From an uncultured Acidobacteriota bacterium (lineage in GTDB: Bacteria > Acidobacteriota > JAQAZP01): 64,000 nt of DNA. Positions 41,697 through 52,665 of the stretch are shown one piece after another. A program made the position numbers and the translations under genes. Position 1 is the first letter of the stretch; every line of letters begins with the position of its first letter. The notes below the pieces were generated by a model that was not told the DNA's origin, did not search any database, and saw only the letters and a list, made by a program, of their open reading frames with translations. Where the stretch lies: assembly GCA_963836075.1 (NCBI GenBank), contig CAWIIB010000009.1, positions 2,528,001 to 2,592,000 of the forward strand, given 5' to 3'.

Positions 41697-41820
41697 GGGG
41701 ACGTAGATAAAAAGTATAACTTCCGAGGGCCAAACCCGGTCTGGCACTGCTGAAGCTGATTGATAAAGGTGTCATGGCTGCCGATATCATCCGGAAGTTA
41801 TGCTTTTTATCTACGTCCCC
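41697..41820. mobile_element. MITE/REP-like 124-bp element with 29-bp terminal inverted repeats
   Basis: GGGGACGTAGATAAAAAGTATAACTTCCG (41697-41725) against CGGAAGTTATGCTTTTTATCTACGTCCCC (41792-41820), 28/29 match. Flanks are TTTTC and CTTTC. Confidence 0.6.
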
Positions 41821-41835
41821 CTTTCCGCTCCTGCA

Positions 41836-41864
41836 TTGCCATACACACCGTTGGCGATTACAAT
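41836..41864 (+). promoter_or_regulatory. Sigma70-type promoter of the modification operon
   Basis: TTGCCA-N17-TACAAT. Confidence 0.6.
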
Positions 41865-41928
41865 ATGCGCAATTACTGAAACCAGAACGAGTAACGTCCA
41901 TTTCCGGTGCCTGGCCAGGGGAGCGTCG

Positions 41929-43735
41929 ATGCGCACGGGCAAGGTGAACTCAGACGACCTGCTGTTCTATCTTGTTCTATTCGTGGTGTTCCTGAACCTG
42001 GTGTTGCCGGGTGAGACCTGGTTCCAGACCCGGGCCCTGAGCCAGTTGCTGGTCTTTTCCGGGTTCGGCGCCCTGCTGCTGCTCCGTTCCCGGGACGGCC
42101 GTGCAGACCAGCCGTCGGTGGGCCGGACCGCGGGCCTCTTCTCCCTCTTTCTGCTCTGCTTTCTGCCCTCGATGCTCTTCTCCTCCTGCCCCGGCCGCTC
42201 CCTGGAGGCCCTGTCGCTCTGGCTGGCCTATCTCGCGCTCTTTCTGATGGCCCGTCGACTGGAACCGGACACGCGCCGGACGGAGCGGGCCCTCACCGTA
42301 ATCTGCGTGGCCACCGTGTTGCTGCTGGTCTACGGCCTCTACCAGTATGTCACCGAGTTTGGCGGCCTGGCCGTTGATGTGGCCGGGGATGCGACGCTCA
42401 CCGAAGGTCAGCGGGCCGACATGCTGGGACGGTTGGGCAGCCGGCGGATCTTTTCCACTTTCCCTCTGCCCACCACTTTTGCCGAGCTGGTGGTTCTGGT
42501 CACTGCCGCTGCTGCTCCACCGTCTCCGCGCCGCCTTGCGCAGCGGACGGCGGCTGGGCCTGGCCGGTTGGTCGGCCGCGGTCCTGCTGGCCGTCCTGGT
42601 GCTCCCGCTCACCGGATCCTACGGCGTCCTGCCGGTGCTGGCGGTGCTGGGATTCATCGCCCTGCTGTCCGGCGCCGCCCGCTGGTCCCCCCGCCGCCGG
42701 GCAGTGGTGGCGGCGGCGGCACTGCTGGGCGTGAGTATCGCCTTCCTGGTGCTGTTGCAGGTCCGGGGGTTCACCCCCTGGGCCGCGGATCAGGCGCACA
42801 ACCCGGTGAGCCAGCGGCTCTTCAACTGGCGTTCGGCCGCGTCCATCTGGCACGAGCACCAGCTGGCCGGGGCGGGCCCCGGAAACTTTGGTGTGGCCTA
42901 CGCCCGGCACCGCCTGCCCGGGGCCAACGAGACGGTGGTGGCCCACAACACCTTTCTCCACGTGGCGGCCGAAGGCGGCATCCTGCCCGGGGCGGCGCTG
43001 CTGCTGTTGGCCCTGCTGCTGGGCTGGCGTGCGCTGCGCAGGCTGGTGGCCGCACCGGCCGGGGGGGAGGGGGACGGTGCCCAGCGGGCCCTCTGCTACA
43101 CCGTGCTGGCCCTGCTGCTCTATGCCTGCTTCGAGATCACCGTGGAGTTCCCCGGGATCGGCTATCCCGGGATCTTTCTGCTCTCCCTCGCCTCCCTGCG
43201 TCTCTTTCCTCCACGGGGCCCGCTGCCGGTTCCGCCGGCCCGGGAGGGGGCCGCCGCGGTGCCGGTGTCCCTGCAGCCGGCGGGTGCCGCACTGCTGGCG
43301 CTGGTCCTGCTGGCCGGTTTCCTCTGGACCTGCACCTGGTATCGCGGCCAGGAGCAGTTGGCCCGGGCCATGACTCTGGCCGCGCAGGGGCCGGCGGTCC
43401 GGGAGGAGGCGCTGCGGGCGGCGGATGAGGCCTCCAACTGGGACCCGCTGAACCCGGAACCGCGGGCCGTGGCCGGCGCCCTGCTGTTGCTGGCCGGGTC
43501 CGAAGAGCATGATCCCGGACTGCTGATCAACGCCGGTGCGGCCTTCCGGTCGGCCGTGGCCCTCGATCTTCAGCGGGCCTTCTTTCACGAGCGGTTGAGC
43601 GTGGCCCACCAGGGGCTGGGGGAGGGGCTGGCCGCCCTGGTGGAGGCCGACAAGGCCTTTCGCCTCTATCCGCTGCAGCCCCGATACCGGGACTGGCGAG
43701 TGGAGATGCTGCGGCGGATGGGGGGAGGCTCATGA
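41929..43735 (+). CDS. O-antigen ligase/oligosaccharyltransferase-like (Wzy_C) protein with a C-terminal TPR-like region; apparent +1 frameshift at about 42500
   Basis: The N-terminal frame ends RRIFSTFPLPTTFAELVVL. The next frame continues LPLLL...LTGSYG...QRLFNWRSA...GAGPGNF...AHNTFLHVAAEGG. Confidence 0.8.
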
Positions 43736-45693
43736 GCGCTGGAGGGCAGACGGACAGCAGATGGTTCCTGACGGCCGGCGGGCCGGCGGCTCTGCTGCCC
43801 CTCTTCCTGCTTTTACCCTGGGGCGACGGGACCATGGCCGCGGGCAACCTGCTGGCGGTGCACCTGCTACTGCTGGTGGTCTTCTCCCTGCACCTTGCCG
43901 GGGGCCGCCGGTGTGCCGGGGAGGGAGAGGCCGTGACCCTTTCCCTGGCCGGGCTGGCGCTGGCCGGTGTGGCCGCCGTGGGGGCGGCGCGGGTCGTGCA
44001 TCAGATCGACCCCTATGGCGGCTGGCTGCAGCTGATCAACTATCTCTTCTTCGGCATGTTCTATTGTCTTCACGCCTCGGCGTGCCGGCGGGACACCCGG
44101 TGGGCGCCGGCGGCGATGCACTGGCTGCTGGCCGGCATCCTGCTCGCCGCCGGCTACGGTCTCTGGGAGCAGCTGCTGCACCAGCCGGGGCGGGTCAGCG
44201 GGCCCTTCCGCGACCCCAACCACCTGGCCTCGCTGATCTCCGCCGGAACGGCGGTGGTGCTGGCCCGGCTGGTCTTTGGCGCCCGGGGGCAGTGGCGCCG
44301 CCGCCTCTGGTGGACACTGCCCTTGATCCCCCTGGTCTGGGTCCTGCTGCTCACCGGTTCCCGGGGCGGTGTGCTGGCTTTCCTGGCACTGCTCACCGCG
44401 GCACTGCTCACCGCGGCGCTGCTGGCCCGCCGGCTGGTGCTGGCGCTGGTCCCCCTGGCCGTGGGGGCGGGCCTGCTGCTGGTGCCCAACCCGTTCCGCA
44501 GCTATCTCATCTCCATGGCGTCCAGCGACCCGTACGCCATGGAGCGGATCGGCATCTGGCGCTCGGCGCTGGAGATGATCGGAGCCCACCCCCTGGGGGT
44601 GGGGCTGGGCAACTACCGGCTCTTCTCCCCGGTGTACAACTTCCCGGTGGAGCACGCGGTGGCGCGCTTCGGCCGTGCGCCCCAGCAGGCGCACAACATG
44701 GTGCTGCAGCTGGTGGCCGAAGGTGGGCTGCTGATGATCCTGCCCCTGGTCCTCCTGCTGGCGGCCCTGCTGGCGGCCCTGCCGGCCTACCGCCGCCGCC
44801 GGGGGATGGTGGGGGACGACCCGGTGGCCGCCGGAGCCCTGCTGGGCCTGCTGGGTCTCGGAGTCCAGGCCATGGTCTCCAAAAACCTGGGCAACACCGC
44901 CATCTGCTGCACCATGCTCTTCTTTCTCGCCGTTCTGCGGGACCTCTGGCCCACCATTTCCTTGCGGGCGCCGCGCTCCCCGGGGCTGCCGGTGTGGGCC
45001 CGGACGGCCCTGGTCTGGTCCCTGGCCGCGGTGGTGGCCTGGTTTGCCGTCTGGGTCCCGTTCCACGGCGACCGCCTGGCGCGGGGGGCGGCCCTGCGGT
45101 TGGGCGACGGCGATCCGGCCGCGGCAGCGGCGCTGCTCCACCGGGCCAGCGCCGTAGTGCCCATCCAGTCGTACTACCACGGCCGTATGGCCGTCCTGCA
45201 CGGGATGCAGTTCCGCCGGACCGGCGACCTCGGCGCCTTTGCCAGTGCCGTCCGCTTCTACGACCAGGCTATCCTGCTCAATCCCCGTGAACTCTCTTTC
45301 CGGCTGGAGCGGGCCGGGCTCTTTCTCCACCTCTCCGGCAGCGGGCCCGGCCCCGCTGTTGCCGAGGCGCGGGAGACGGCCCGGCGCGGCTACCACAAGG
45401 CGCTGCAGCTCAACCCGCACCAGTTTGCGGTGCGGGTCATCCTGGCCGGGATGGACGCCGAGGAGGGAAACCGTGCCGGCGCGGTACGCCAGTTGGGACG
45501 GGCGGTGGCCGACGAACCGAATTTCATTCGCGGCCGGTTGAAGCTGGCCGACATGCTGGAGGGCCTTGGCCGGACCGGGGAGGCGGAAGAACAGCGGCGC
45601 GAGGCAGCGCAGCGGCGCCGGCTCTACCCCCAGCCGCTCCCCGGCTGGGGAGGCTACGAGCGGGAGCTGCTCCGTCCGGGGGCGGAGAAGTGA
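43732..45693 (+). CDS. O-antigen ligase/oligosaccharyltransferase-like (Wzy_C) protein with C-terminal TPRs
   Basis: RVSGPFRDPNHLA, LTGSRGG, ERIGIWRSA, GVGLGNY and AHNMVLQLVAEGG motifs. Confidence 0.85.
   Translation: MSAGGQTDSRWFLTAGGPAALLPLFLLLPWGDGTMAAGNLLAVHLLLLVVFSLHLAGGRRCAGEGEAVTLSLAGLALAGVAAVGAARVVHQIDPYGGWLQLINYLFFGMFYCLHASACRRDTRWAPAAMHWLLAGILLAAGYGLWEQLLHQPGRVSGPFRDPNHLASLISAGTAVVLARLVFGARGQWRRRLWWTLPLIPLVWVLLLTGSRGGVLAFLALLTAALLTAALLARRLVLALVPLAVGAGLLLVPNPFRSYLISMASSDPYAMERIGIWRSALEMIGAHPLGVGLGNYRLFSPVYNFPVEHAVARFGRAPQQAHNMVLQLVAEGGLLMILPLVLLLAALLAALPAYRRRRGMVGDDPVAAGALLGLLGLGVQAMVSKNLGNTAICCTMLFFLAVLRDLWPTISLRAPRSPGLPVWARTALVWSLAAVVAWFAVWVPFHGDRLARGAALRLGDGDPAAAAALLHRASAVVPIQSYYHGRMAVLHGMQFRRTGDLGAFASAVRFYDQAILLNPRELSFRLERAGLFLHLSGSGPGPAVAEARETARRGYHKALQLNPHQFAVRVILAGMDAEEGNRAGAVRQLGRAVADEPNFIRGRLKLADMLEGLGRTGEAEEQRREAAQRRRLYPQPLPGWGGYERELLRPGAEK
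44386..44415 (+). repeat. Perfect 15-bp tandem duplication (ALLTA x2) in a TM helix
   Basis: GCACTGCTCACCGCG repeated twice. Confidence 0.8.
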
Positions 45694-45786
45694 GGGAGAA
45701 CTGCGCAGCCGGGACTCATACTGGACGTTCATCCGGTCGATAGGAAGGAGAACAATGTTTTCCATCAAATCCTGGAGTCAGAAATC

Positions 45787-48412
45787 GTGAAAAAATCGGT
45801 CCCGGCCATTCTTGTTCTCTTCATCCTTTCCGGCTTTTGCGGTCTGGTCTACCAGGTTGCCTGGCTGAGAATGCTAACCCTGACCTTTGGCAGCACGGTC
45901 TACGCGGTGAGCACCCTGCTCACCGCGTTCATGGGCGGGCTGGCCCTGGGCAGCGCCGGTATCGGCCGGCTCACCCCGCGGATCCGCCGTCCGCTGCTGG
46001 TCTACGGCCTGCTCGAGCTGGCCATCGGCCTCTACGGCCTCTCCACGCCCTGGATGTTCAGAACCGTGGACGGTCTCTACATTCTGATCTACCAGCACTT
46101 CACCCCCGGCGCCTCGACTTTTGCCGCCCTGCGCTTCGTGATGGCCATGGCGATCCTGATCATCCCCACCATGCTGATGGGGGGCACTCTGCCGGTGCTG
46201 GCCCGCTTCGTGATCCGCAAACGGGAGCAGGCCGGCAGCGGCGCGGGGATCCTCTACTTCGCCAACACCGCCGGGGCGGTCCTCGGCTGCTTTGCCGCCG
46301 GGTTCATCCTCATCCCCGGCCTGGGCCTGCGGGCGGCGATCCTGGTGGCCGCCGTGCTCAACGGCCTGGTCTTCGTCTTCGCCGCCATGCTCTCCCGGCG
46401 TTTCGGCGAACCGCTGGAACCGGCGCTGGACGAACCGGCACCGGCGGCGGTCCCGGGAGTGTCCGCCCTGCCGGCGCCGCCCGGCGACGCGGCGTTTCGG
46501 CGGCTCTTCTTCGTCTTCTTCTTCCTCACCGGCATGGCCTCGCTGGCCTACGAGGTCTACTGGACGAGGATCCTCGTCCTCTACCTCGGCAGCTCGGTCT
46601 ACGCCTTTTCGATCATGCTGGTGGTGCTGCTGCTCGGCCTGGCCCTGGGCAGCCTGATCTGCGCCCCGCTCTGCGACCGGCTGCGGCCCGCCGGGCTGGC
46701 CGGCTGGTTCGGCGCGGTGGAGCTGGGTATCGGCGTGGCGATCCTGATTCAGGTGCAGCAGTTCAAGACTCTTTCCGAGACCATGGGCAACATGGGCCTG
46801 GCCCTGGGCACGCCGTCCTATCCCAAGATGATCATCGTCTTCTTTTTCGCCACCGTGCAGGTGATGCTGATCCCCACCGTGCTGATGGGGGCCAGCTTCC
46901 CGCTGGCCGCCAAGGCGGTGTCGGGCACCCTCAAGCGGGTGGGGCGGGACCTGGGGGACCTCTACGGCGTCAACACCCTGGGGGCCATCGTCGGCTCCTT
47001 CGCCGCCGGGTTCATCCTCATCCCGCTGCTCGGCGTCCAGTGGAGCATGGGGGTCACCGCCGCGCTCAACGTGGCCGTGGGCGGTGTGGCCCTGGTCACT
47101 GCCCGCAGGGGCCGGAGCGGGATGGCCCTCCTCGCGCCGCTGCCCGTGGTGCTGGTCCTGGTCTACGTGCTGCTTTTCAACGGCCTCTACCCCATGGACC
47201 AGGTGCTCACCTCGGCCGGGGTGTTCAACCACCGCGGGGCGGGCCGGGTGATCCACTTCGAGGAGGACGCCCAGGCCACCATCACCGTGGAGGAGATGAC
47301 CGACACCCGGGGCGACTGGCGTTCGATCAGCCTCAACGGGGTCAACGTGGCCGGGACGTCCATCGACCTGCTGGCGGTGCAGAAGATGCAGGGGCACCTG
47401 CCGCTGCTGATCCACGGCAACGCCAAGTCGGTGCTGCACATCGGCTTTGGCAGCGGCGGCACGGCCCATGCGGTGTCCAAGTACCCGGTGGAGCACATCC
47501 GGGTGGCCGAGATCAGTCCCGGGGTGATCCGGACCTCGGCCCGCTACTTCAAGGAGATCAACCACACCTTCTGGCTCGAGGACGACCGGGTGCAGATCAC
47601 TTACTGCGACGGGCGGAACTTCATTCTCGCCGCGCCGCAGACCTTCGACGTGATCCTCTCCGACTCCATCCACCCGCGCTACTCCGGGAACGGGTCGCTC
47701 TACACCAGGGAGTATTACGAGCTCTGCCGCAGCAAGCTCAACCCGGGGGGGATCGTCTCGCAGTGGCTGCCCTTTTACAGCCTCACCGACGAGAACCTGC
47801 GGATGATCTTCAAGTCGTTCCAGGCGGTCTTCCCCGAGACCTATGTCTTCTACATCAACTCCACCATCAACCCCTTCACCGTGGTGCTGGGCCGGGTGGC
47901 GGGGGAAAAGATCGACGTGGCCCGGATGGCCGAACTGCTGGCCATCCCCGCGGTGCGTGCCGACCTGGAGGACATCGGCCAGACCGACCCGGTGCGTATC
48001 CTGGACAACTTCCTCTTCGGCCGGGAGACGCTGGAGAGCTATGTCAAGGGAGTGCCCTTCCACACCGACGACTGGCCGGCGGTGGAGTATTTTTCCTCCA
48101 AGCTGCTCAGCCGCACCTGGAGCTGGCGCGACAATTTCGACACGCTGCTGGGCCAGCGCCATCCGGTGACTGCCCCTGCTGGAGTTGGGCGGGTTGCCGG
48201 AAGAGGAGCGGCTGCGGATCACCGGGGAACTGGAGCGGTCCTACCGGGCCACCGGCCACAACCTGGCCGGGCAGGCCCTCTTCCTCCACGGGGAGCAGGA
48301 TCCGGCGCTGGAAGAGTTCGCCACCGCCCTTGAACTGAACCCCGGGGACCAGGAGCCGTGGGAGTACACCCGCTTCTTCCTCACCGGCAAGGGGTTCCCG
48401 GCGGGGATGTGA
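45787..48412 (+). CDS. Fused membrane (MFS-like)/spermidine synthase-like SAM-dependent transferase with a C-terminal TPR; apparent +1 frameshift at about 48168
   Basis: SGFCGLVYQVAW, FMGGLALGS, LYFANTAGA, VLHIGFGSGG, DGRNF and FDVILSD motifs. The tail (...ALEEFATALELNPGD) is in the next frame and ends at 48412. Confidence 0.82.
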
Positions 48413-48427
48413 ACCGGAGGACCGGAC

Positions 48428-49769
48428 GTGGACACCGTCGTCATTCTGGGGGCCGGACTGGCCGGCCTGAGCACCGCCTGGCACCTGGGGGACAAGGCCG
48501 ACTGGGCGCTGTCACGAGCGCGGCTCCGAGGTGGGGGGGCTGGCCCGGACCATCCGCTGGGAGGACGGCTGCCGCTTCGACTACACCGGCCACCTGCTCC
48601 ACGCCAGCGACCCCGCTTTCGACCAGCTGCTGGACCGCCTGCTGCCCGGAGCGCTGGCCACGCATAGCCGGCGGGCCGGCGTGCAGAGCCACGGCATCCG
48701 CACCCCCTACCCCTTCCAGGCCAACACCCACGGGCTGCCGCCGCGGGTGGTGACCGAATGCCTGCTCGGCTTTGCCGAGGCCCGGGCGGAGGAGGCGGCC
48801 CGGCCGCCGGGAGAGCGGTCCGCGGCCGGGGCCAGCATGGCCCACTGGGTGGGCCGGACCTTTGGCGCCGGGTTCGAGAAGCACTTCTTCCGGCCGTACA
48901 ACGAAAAACTCTACCGCACGCCGCTGGAGGAGCTGGCCACCGACTGGGCCACCTGGTCGGTGCCGGTGCCCAGCCTGGATGAAGTGGTGGGCGGCGCCCT
49001 GGGGGCGCTGGACAGCGAGTTCGGCTACAACGCCACCTTCCGTTACCCGGCCAGCGGCGGCATCTCCGCCCTGCCCGAGGCCCTGGCCCGGGACCTCTGC
49101 CGTCCCGCGGAACTGGGGCGGGAGGCGGTGGCGGTGGACCCGGCCCGCCGGGTGGTCCGTTTTGCGGACGGCGGGGAAACTCCGTATGGCACTCTGGTCA
49201 GCACCATGCCGCTGCCCCGGCTGCTGGGTATGCTGGCCGGGACGGACCAGGGCTGGGCCCCCGGGGCCGCGGCCCGGCTGCGGGCGGTGTCGGTGGTGGA
49301 CGTGAACCTGGCGGTGGACCGCCCGGGGGTGATGGAGGAGAACTGGGTCTACTTCCCCGAGCCGGAGTATGCCTTCTATCGCGTCGGCTGTTTCAGCAGC
49401 TTTGCCGCCGGGGTGGCGCCTCCCGGAGTCTCCACCCTCTACGCCGAGGTGTCGGTCCCGCCGGGTGAGATCCCGGACCTCGATGCGGTGGAGCGGCGGG
49501 TGCTGGACGACCTGGTGGCCGCCGGCATCCTCCGCGGGCGCGAGGAACTGCTGCGCAGCGAGGCGGTGCACATCGACCCGGCCTATGTGATCCACGACCG
49601 GGACCGCCGCGCCGCGCTGGACCAGATTCTCCGGCGGCTCTCCGCTCGGGGGATCATCTCCACCGGGCGGTACGGGCGCTGGCACTACGGTACCATGCAG
49701 AGCGCGGTGCTCGACGGACGGGAGGCGGCGGGCCGGATACTGGACCGGCTGGCGGGGGGCGAAAAGTGA
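48428..49769 (+). CDS. FAD-dependent oxidoreductase (HemY/UDP-galactopyranose mutase-like); apparent +1 frameshift at about 48512
   Basis: VILGAGLAGLSTA, then in the next frame ERGSEVGGLART, FDYTGHLLH, PYNEKLY, FRYPASGG and GRYGRWHY. Confidence 0.82.
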
Positions 49770-50914
49770 CCACGAAGCGGATCAAGGTGGTGCACATCAT
49801 CACCATGCTGGAGCTGGGGGGAGCCCAGGAGATCACCCTGCACCAGCTGGAGCACCTGCCTCGGGAGCGCTACGAACCGGTGCTGCTGGCCGGGCCAGGG
49901 GGCATCCTCGACCAGGCGGCCCGGGATCTTCCCGGCGTACGGGTGCACTTCGTGCCCCGGCTGGTGCGGCCGGTGCGGCCCTGGAAGGACCTGGGGGCGC
50001 TGTTCGACCTCAAGCGGATCCTGCTGGAGGAGCAGCCGGACCTGGTACACACTCACAGCAGCAAGGCCGGGATTCTCGGCCGCTGGGCCGCCCGCCTGGC
50101 CGGGGTGCCGGTGACGGTGCACTCGATCCACGGTTTCGGCTTCAACGACCACCAGCCCTGGCCGCTGCGCCAGGCCTATGTCCTGGCCGAGCGGGCCGCG
50201 GCCCGGGCCACCACCGGATTCACCGCCGACGCCGCGGACAATTTTGTCAAGGGGCGGCGGCGCCGGGTGCTGCTGGGCCGGCCGGAGCAGGTGCTGCGCT
50301 GCGCTGTCCAGACCGAGCGGTTCGCGCCTGTGCCGCCGGCGGTAGCCCGGCTGCGCGTCGAACTGCAGATTCCCGATGACCACCTGGTGGTGGGCATGGT
50401 GGGGTGCCTCAAACCGCAGAAGGCGCCGGTGGACTTTGTCCGTGCGGCGGCCCGGGTGGTGGCCACCTGCCCCCGGACCACCTTCTTCATCGCCGGGGAC
50501 GGCGTGCTGCGGTCCGCGGTGCAGGCGGCGGTGCAACGGCACGGCCTGGAGGGACGGTTCCGGCTGCTCGGTTGGCGGGACGACGTGCCGGCCCTGCTGC
50601 AGCTCTGCGACATCGTGGCCCTCTCCTCCCTCTGGGAGGGGCTGCCGCGGGTCTTTCCCCAGGCCATGGCCAGCGGCCGGCCCATCGTGGCCAACCGGGT
50701 GGACGGCGCGCCGGAGGCGGTGGCCGACGGGGTGAACGGGTTCCTGGTGGACCCCGGCCGGCCCGATCTGCTGGCCGCCAGGATAATCGAGGTGCTGGAG
50801 AACCGGGAGCTGAGGACGCGCATGGGGCGGCAGGCGCTGGAACGGGTGGAGCCGTTCACGGTGCAGCGGATGATGGCTGACCTGCAAGCCTTTTATGAAC
50901 GACTGCTGGTGTAG
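49766..50914 (+). CDS. Glycosyltransferase family 4 (GT-B)
   Basis: GGAQ, VHTHSSKAG, SLWEGLPRV...AMASGRP and DGVNGFLV motifs. Confidence 0.92.
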   Translation: MTTKRIKVVHIITMLELGGAQEITLHQLEHLPRERYEPVLLAGPGGILDQAARDLPGVRVHFVPRLVRPVRPWKDLGALFDLKRILLEEQPDLVHTHSSKAGILGRWAARLAGVPVTVHSIHGFGFNDHQPWPLRQAYVLAERAAARATTGFTADAADNFVKGRRRRVLLGRPEQVLRCAVQTERFAPVPPAVARLRVELQIPDDHLVVGMVGCLKPQKAPVDFVRAAARVVATCPRTTFFIAGDGVLRSAVQAAVQRHGLEGRFRLLGWRDDVPALLQLCDIVALSSLWEGLPRVFPQAMASGRPIVANRVDGAPEAVADGVNGFLVDPGRPDLLAARIIEVLENRELRTRMGRQALERVEPFTVQRMMADLQAFYERLLV

Positions 50915-50938
50915 AATCGGACAACGGAGGAAGCGACA

Positions 50939-51901
50939 TTGCCAGGGGCTGAGAAACAGCAGGACGTGCTCCGGGTGGAGGGGTTGGCCAAGTCCTATCC
51001 CCACCCGATGACCCGCCGGAGCATGCCCGTTCTGAAGCAGATCGATTTTGCGGTGCGCCAGGGGGAGGTCTTCGGACTCATCGGCCCCAACGGCGCGGGC
51101 AAGACCACCACCATCAAGGCGATCATGGGCCTCATCGCCCCGGATGCCGGGCAGGTGCGGCTCTTCGGCCGCTCGGTGAACCAGGCGGCGGTGAAGGCGC
51201 GGATCGGCTTCCTGCCCGAGAACCCGTCGTTCTACGAGTATCTCACCGGTGAGGAATTCCTCGAATACTACGGCCGGCTTTTCGGCATGAACCGCCGGCG
51301 GCGGCGGGAACGGCTGCTGGAACTGCTGGCTCTGGTGGAGCTGGAACGGGCCCGGCAGCTGCCGCTGCGCAAATATTCCAAGGGCATGATCCAGCGCATC
51401 GGGCTGGCCCAGGCGCTGCTCAACGATCCCGACTTCCTGGTGCTGGACGAGCCGATGTCCGGTCTGGACCCCCTGGGCCGGCGATTGGTGCGCCGGATCA
51501 TCCAGGATCTCGGCGGCCAGGGCAAGACCATCTTCTTCACCTCGCACATCCTCTCCGACACCGAGCTGCTCTGTGACCGGGTGGCCCTGGTGGTGGGCGG
51601 CCGGCTGCGCGACCTGGGCCGGATGGACCCGCTGCTCAGCGAAGAGATCCGCGGCTACGACCTGGTGGCCGCCGACCTGGACCACGGCGCGGTGCCCCCG
51701 CCGGGGCGGCTGGTCTCGGCCACCGAGGGCAAGCTGCTCATCGCCCTCGACGGCCGGACGGAACTGCAGGACTACCTCCAGCTCCTCTTCCGGGCCGGGG
51801 GGCGGCTGCTTTCGGTGACCCCCCACGGCCCGTCCCTGGAGGACCGGCTGATGGCGGAGATGGCGAATGGGCGGGGCGAGATGGAGGAGGGCGGCCGATG
51901 A
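50939..51901 (+). CDS. ABC transporter ATP-binding protein (pilus-associated, Myxococcus PilH-like)
   Basis: GPNGAGKTT, YSKGM and LDEPMSGLDP motifs. Confidence 0.92.
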   Translation: MPGAEKQQDVLRVEGLAKSYPHPMTRRSMPVLKQIDFAVRQGEVFGLIGPNGAGKTTTIKAIMGLIAPDAGQVRLFGRSVNQAAVKARIGFLPENPSFYEYLTGEEFLEYYGRLFGMNRRRRRERLLELLALVELERARQLPLRKYSKGMIQRIGLAQALLNDPDFLVLDEPMSGLDPLGRRLVRRIIQDLGGQGKTIFFTSHILSDTELLCDRVALVVGGRLRDLGRMDPLLSEEIRGYDLVAADLDHGAVPPPGRLVSATEGKLLIALDGRTELQDYLQLLFRAGGRLLSVTPHGPSLEDRLMAEMANGRGEMEEGGR

Positions 51902-52665
51902 AGATTGTCTGGGCCATCGCCCTCAACACCTTCCGCGAGGCGATCCGGGACCGCATCCTTTACCTGCTGCTGGTTTTCGCCCTGCTGCTGATCATCTCCT
52001 CGGTGGTGCTCAGCCTGCTCACCGTGGGCAGTCAGATCAAGATCATCAAGGACATCGGTCTGGCCAGCATCTCGATCTTCGGCGTGCTGATTTCGGTCTT
52101 CGTGGGCATCGGGCTGGTCTCCCGGGAGATCCAGCGGCGGACCATCTACACCGTGGTCACCAAACCGGTCTACCGCTACCAGTTCCTGCTGGGCAAGTAT
52201 CTCGGGCTGCTGCTGACCATCTTCTGCAACGTGGGCCTGATGACGCTGATCTTCATCGCGGTGCTCTTCTGGAAGGGCGGCACCGTGAACCTGGCGGTGC
52301 TCCCGGCCATCCTGATGATCTGTCTCGAACTGCTGCTGGTCACCGGTTTCGCCCTGCTCTTCTCGTCTTTCTCCACGCCGATCCTCAGCGCCGTATTCAC
52401 CCTGGCCCTCTACGTCACCGGCCACGTCAGCGGCGGCCTGCTGCTGCTCAAGGAGCACGTGCGCAGCGGTTTCAGCCGCTGGCTCTGCGATGCGCTCTAC
52501 TACCTGCTGCCCAACCTGGAGCTGTTCAATCTCAAACACCAGGCGGTGCACAACCTGCCCCTGCGCGACGGCCAGCTGCTGCTGGCGCTGACCTACGGCC
52601 TGCTGTACGCCGCGGCGGTCTTCGTGCTCACCGTGGCGATTTTCCGGCGGAGGGATTTCCAGTGA
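51898..52665 (+). CDS. ABC transporter permease (Myxococcus PilI-like)
   Basis: IALNTFREAIRDR, EIQRRTIYT...KP, FLLGKY and FRRRDF motifs. Confidence 0.9.
   Translation: MKIVWAIALNTFREAIRDRILYLLLVFALLLIISSVVLSLLTVGSQIKIIKDIGLASISIFGVLISVFVGIGLVSREIQRRTIYTVVTKPVYRYQFLLGKYLGLLLTIFCNVGLMTLIFIAVLFWKGGTVNLAVLPAILMICLELLLVTGFALLFSSFSTPILSAVFTLALYVTGHVSGGLLLLKEHVRSGFSRWLCDALYYLLPNLELFNLKHQAVHNLPLRDGQLLLALTYGLLYAAAVFVLTVAIFRRRDFQ

Noticed and set aside
41716-41801. ATAACTTC...GAAGTTAT resembles loxP arms
   Set aside because: Only 8 bp match and the spacing is far from loxP geometry. It is part of the larger inverted repeat.
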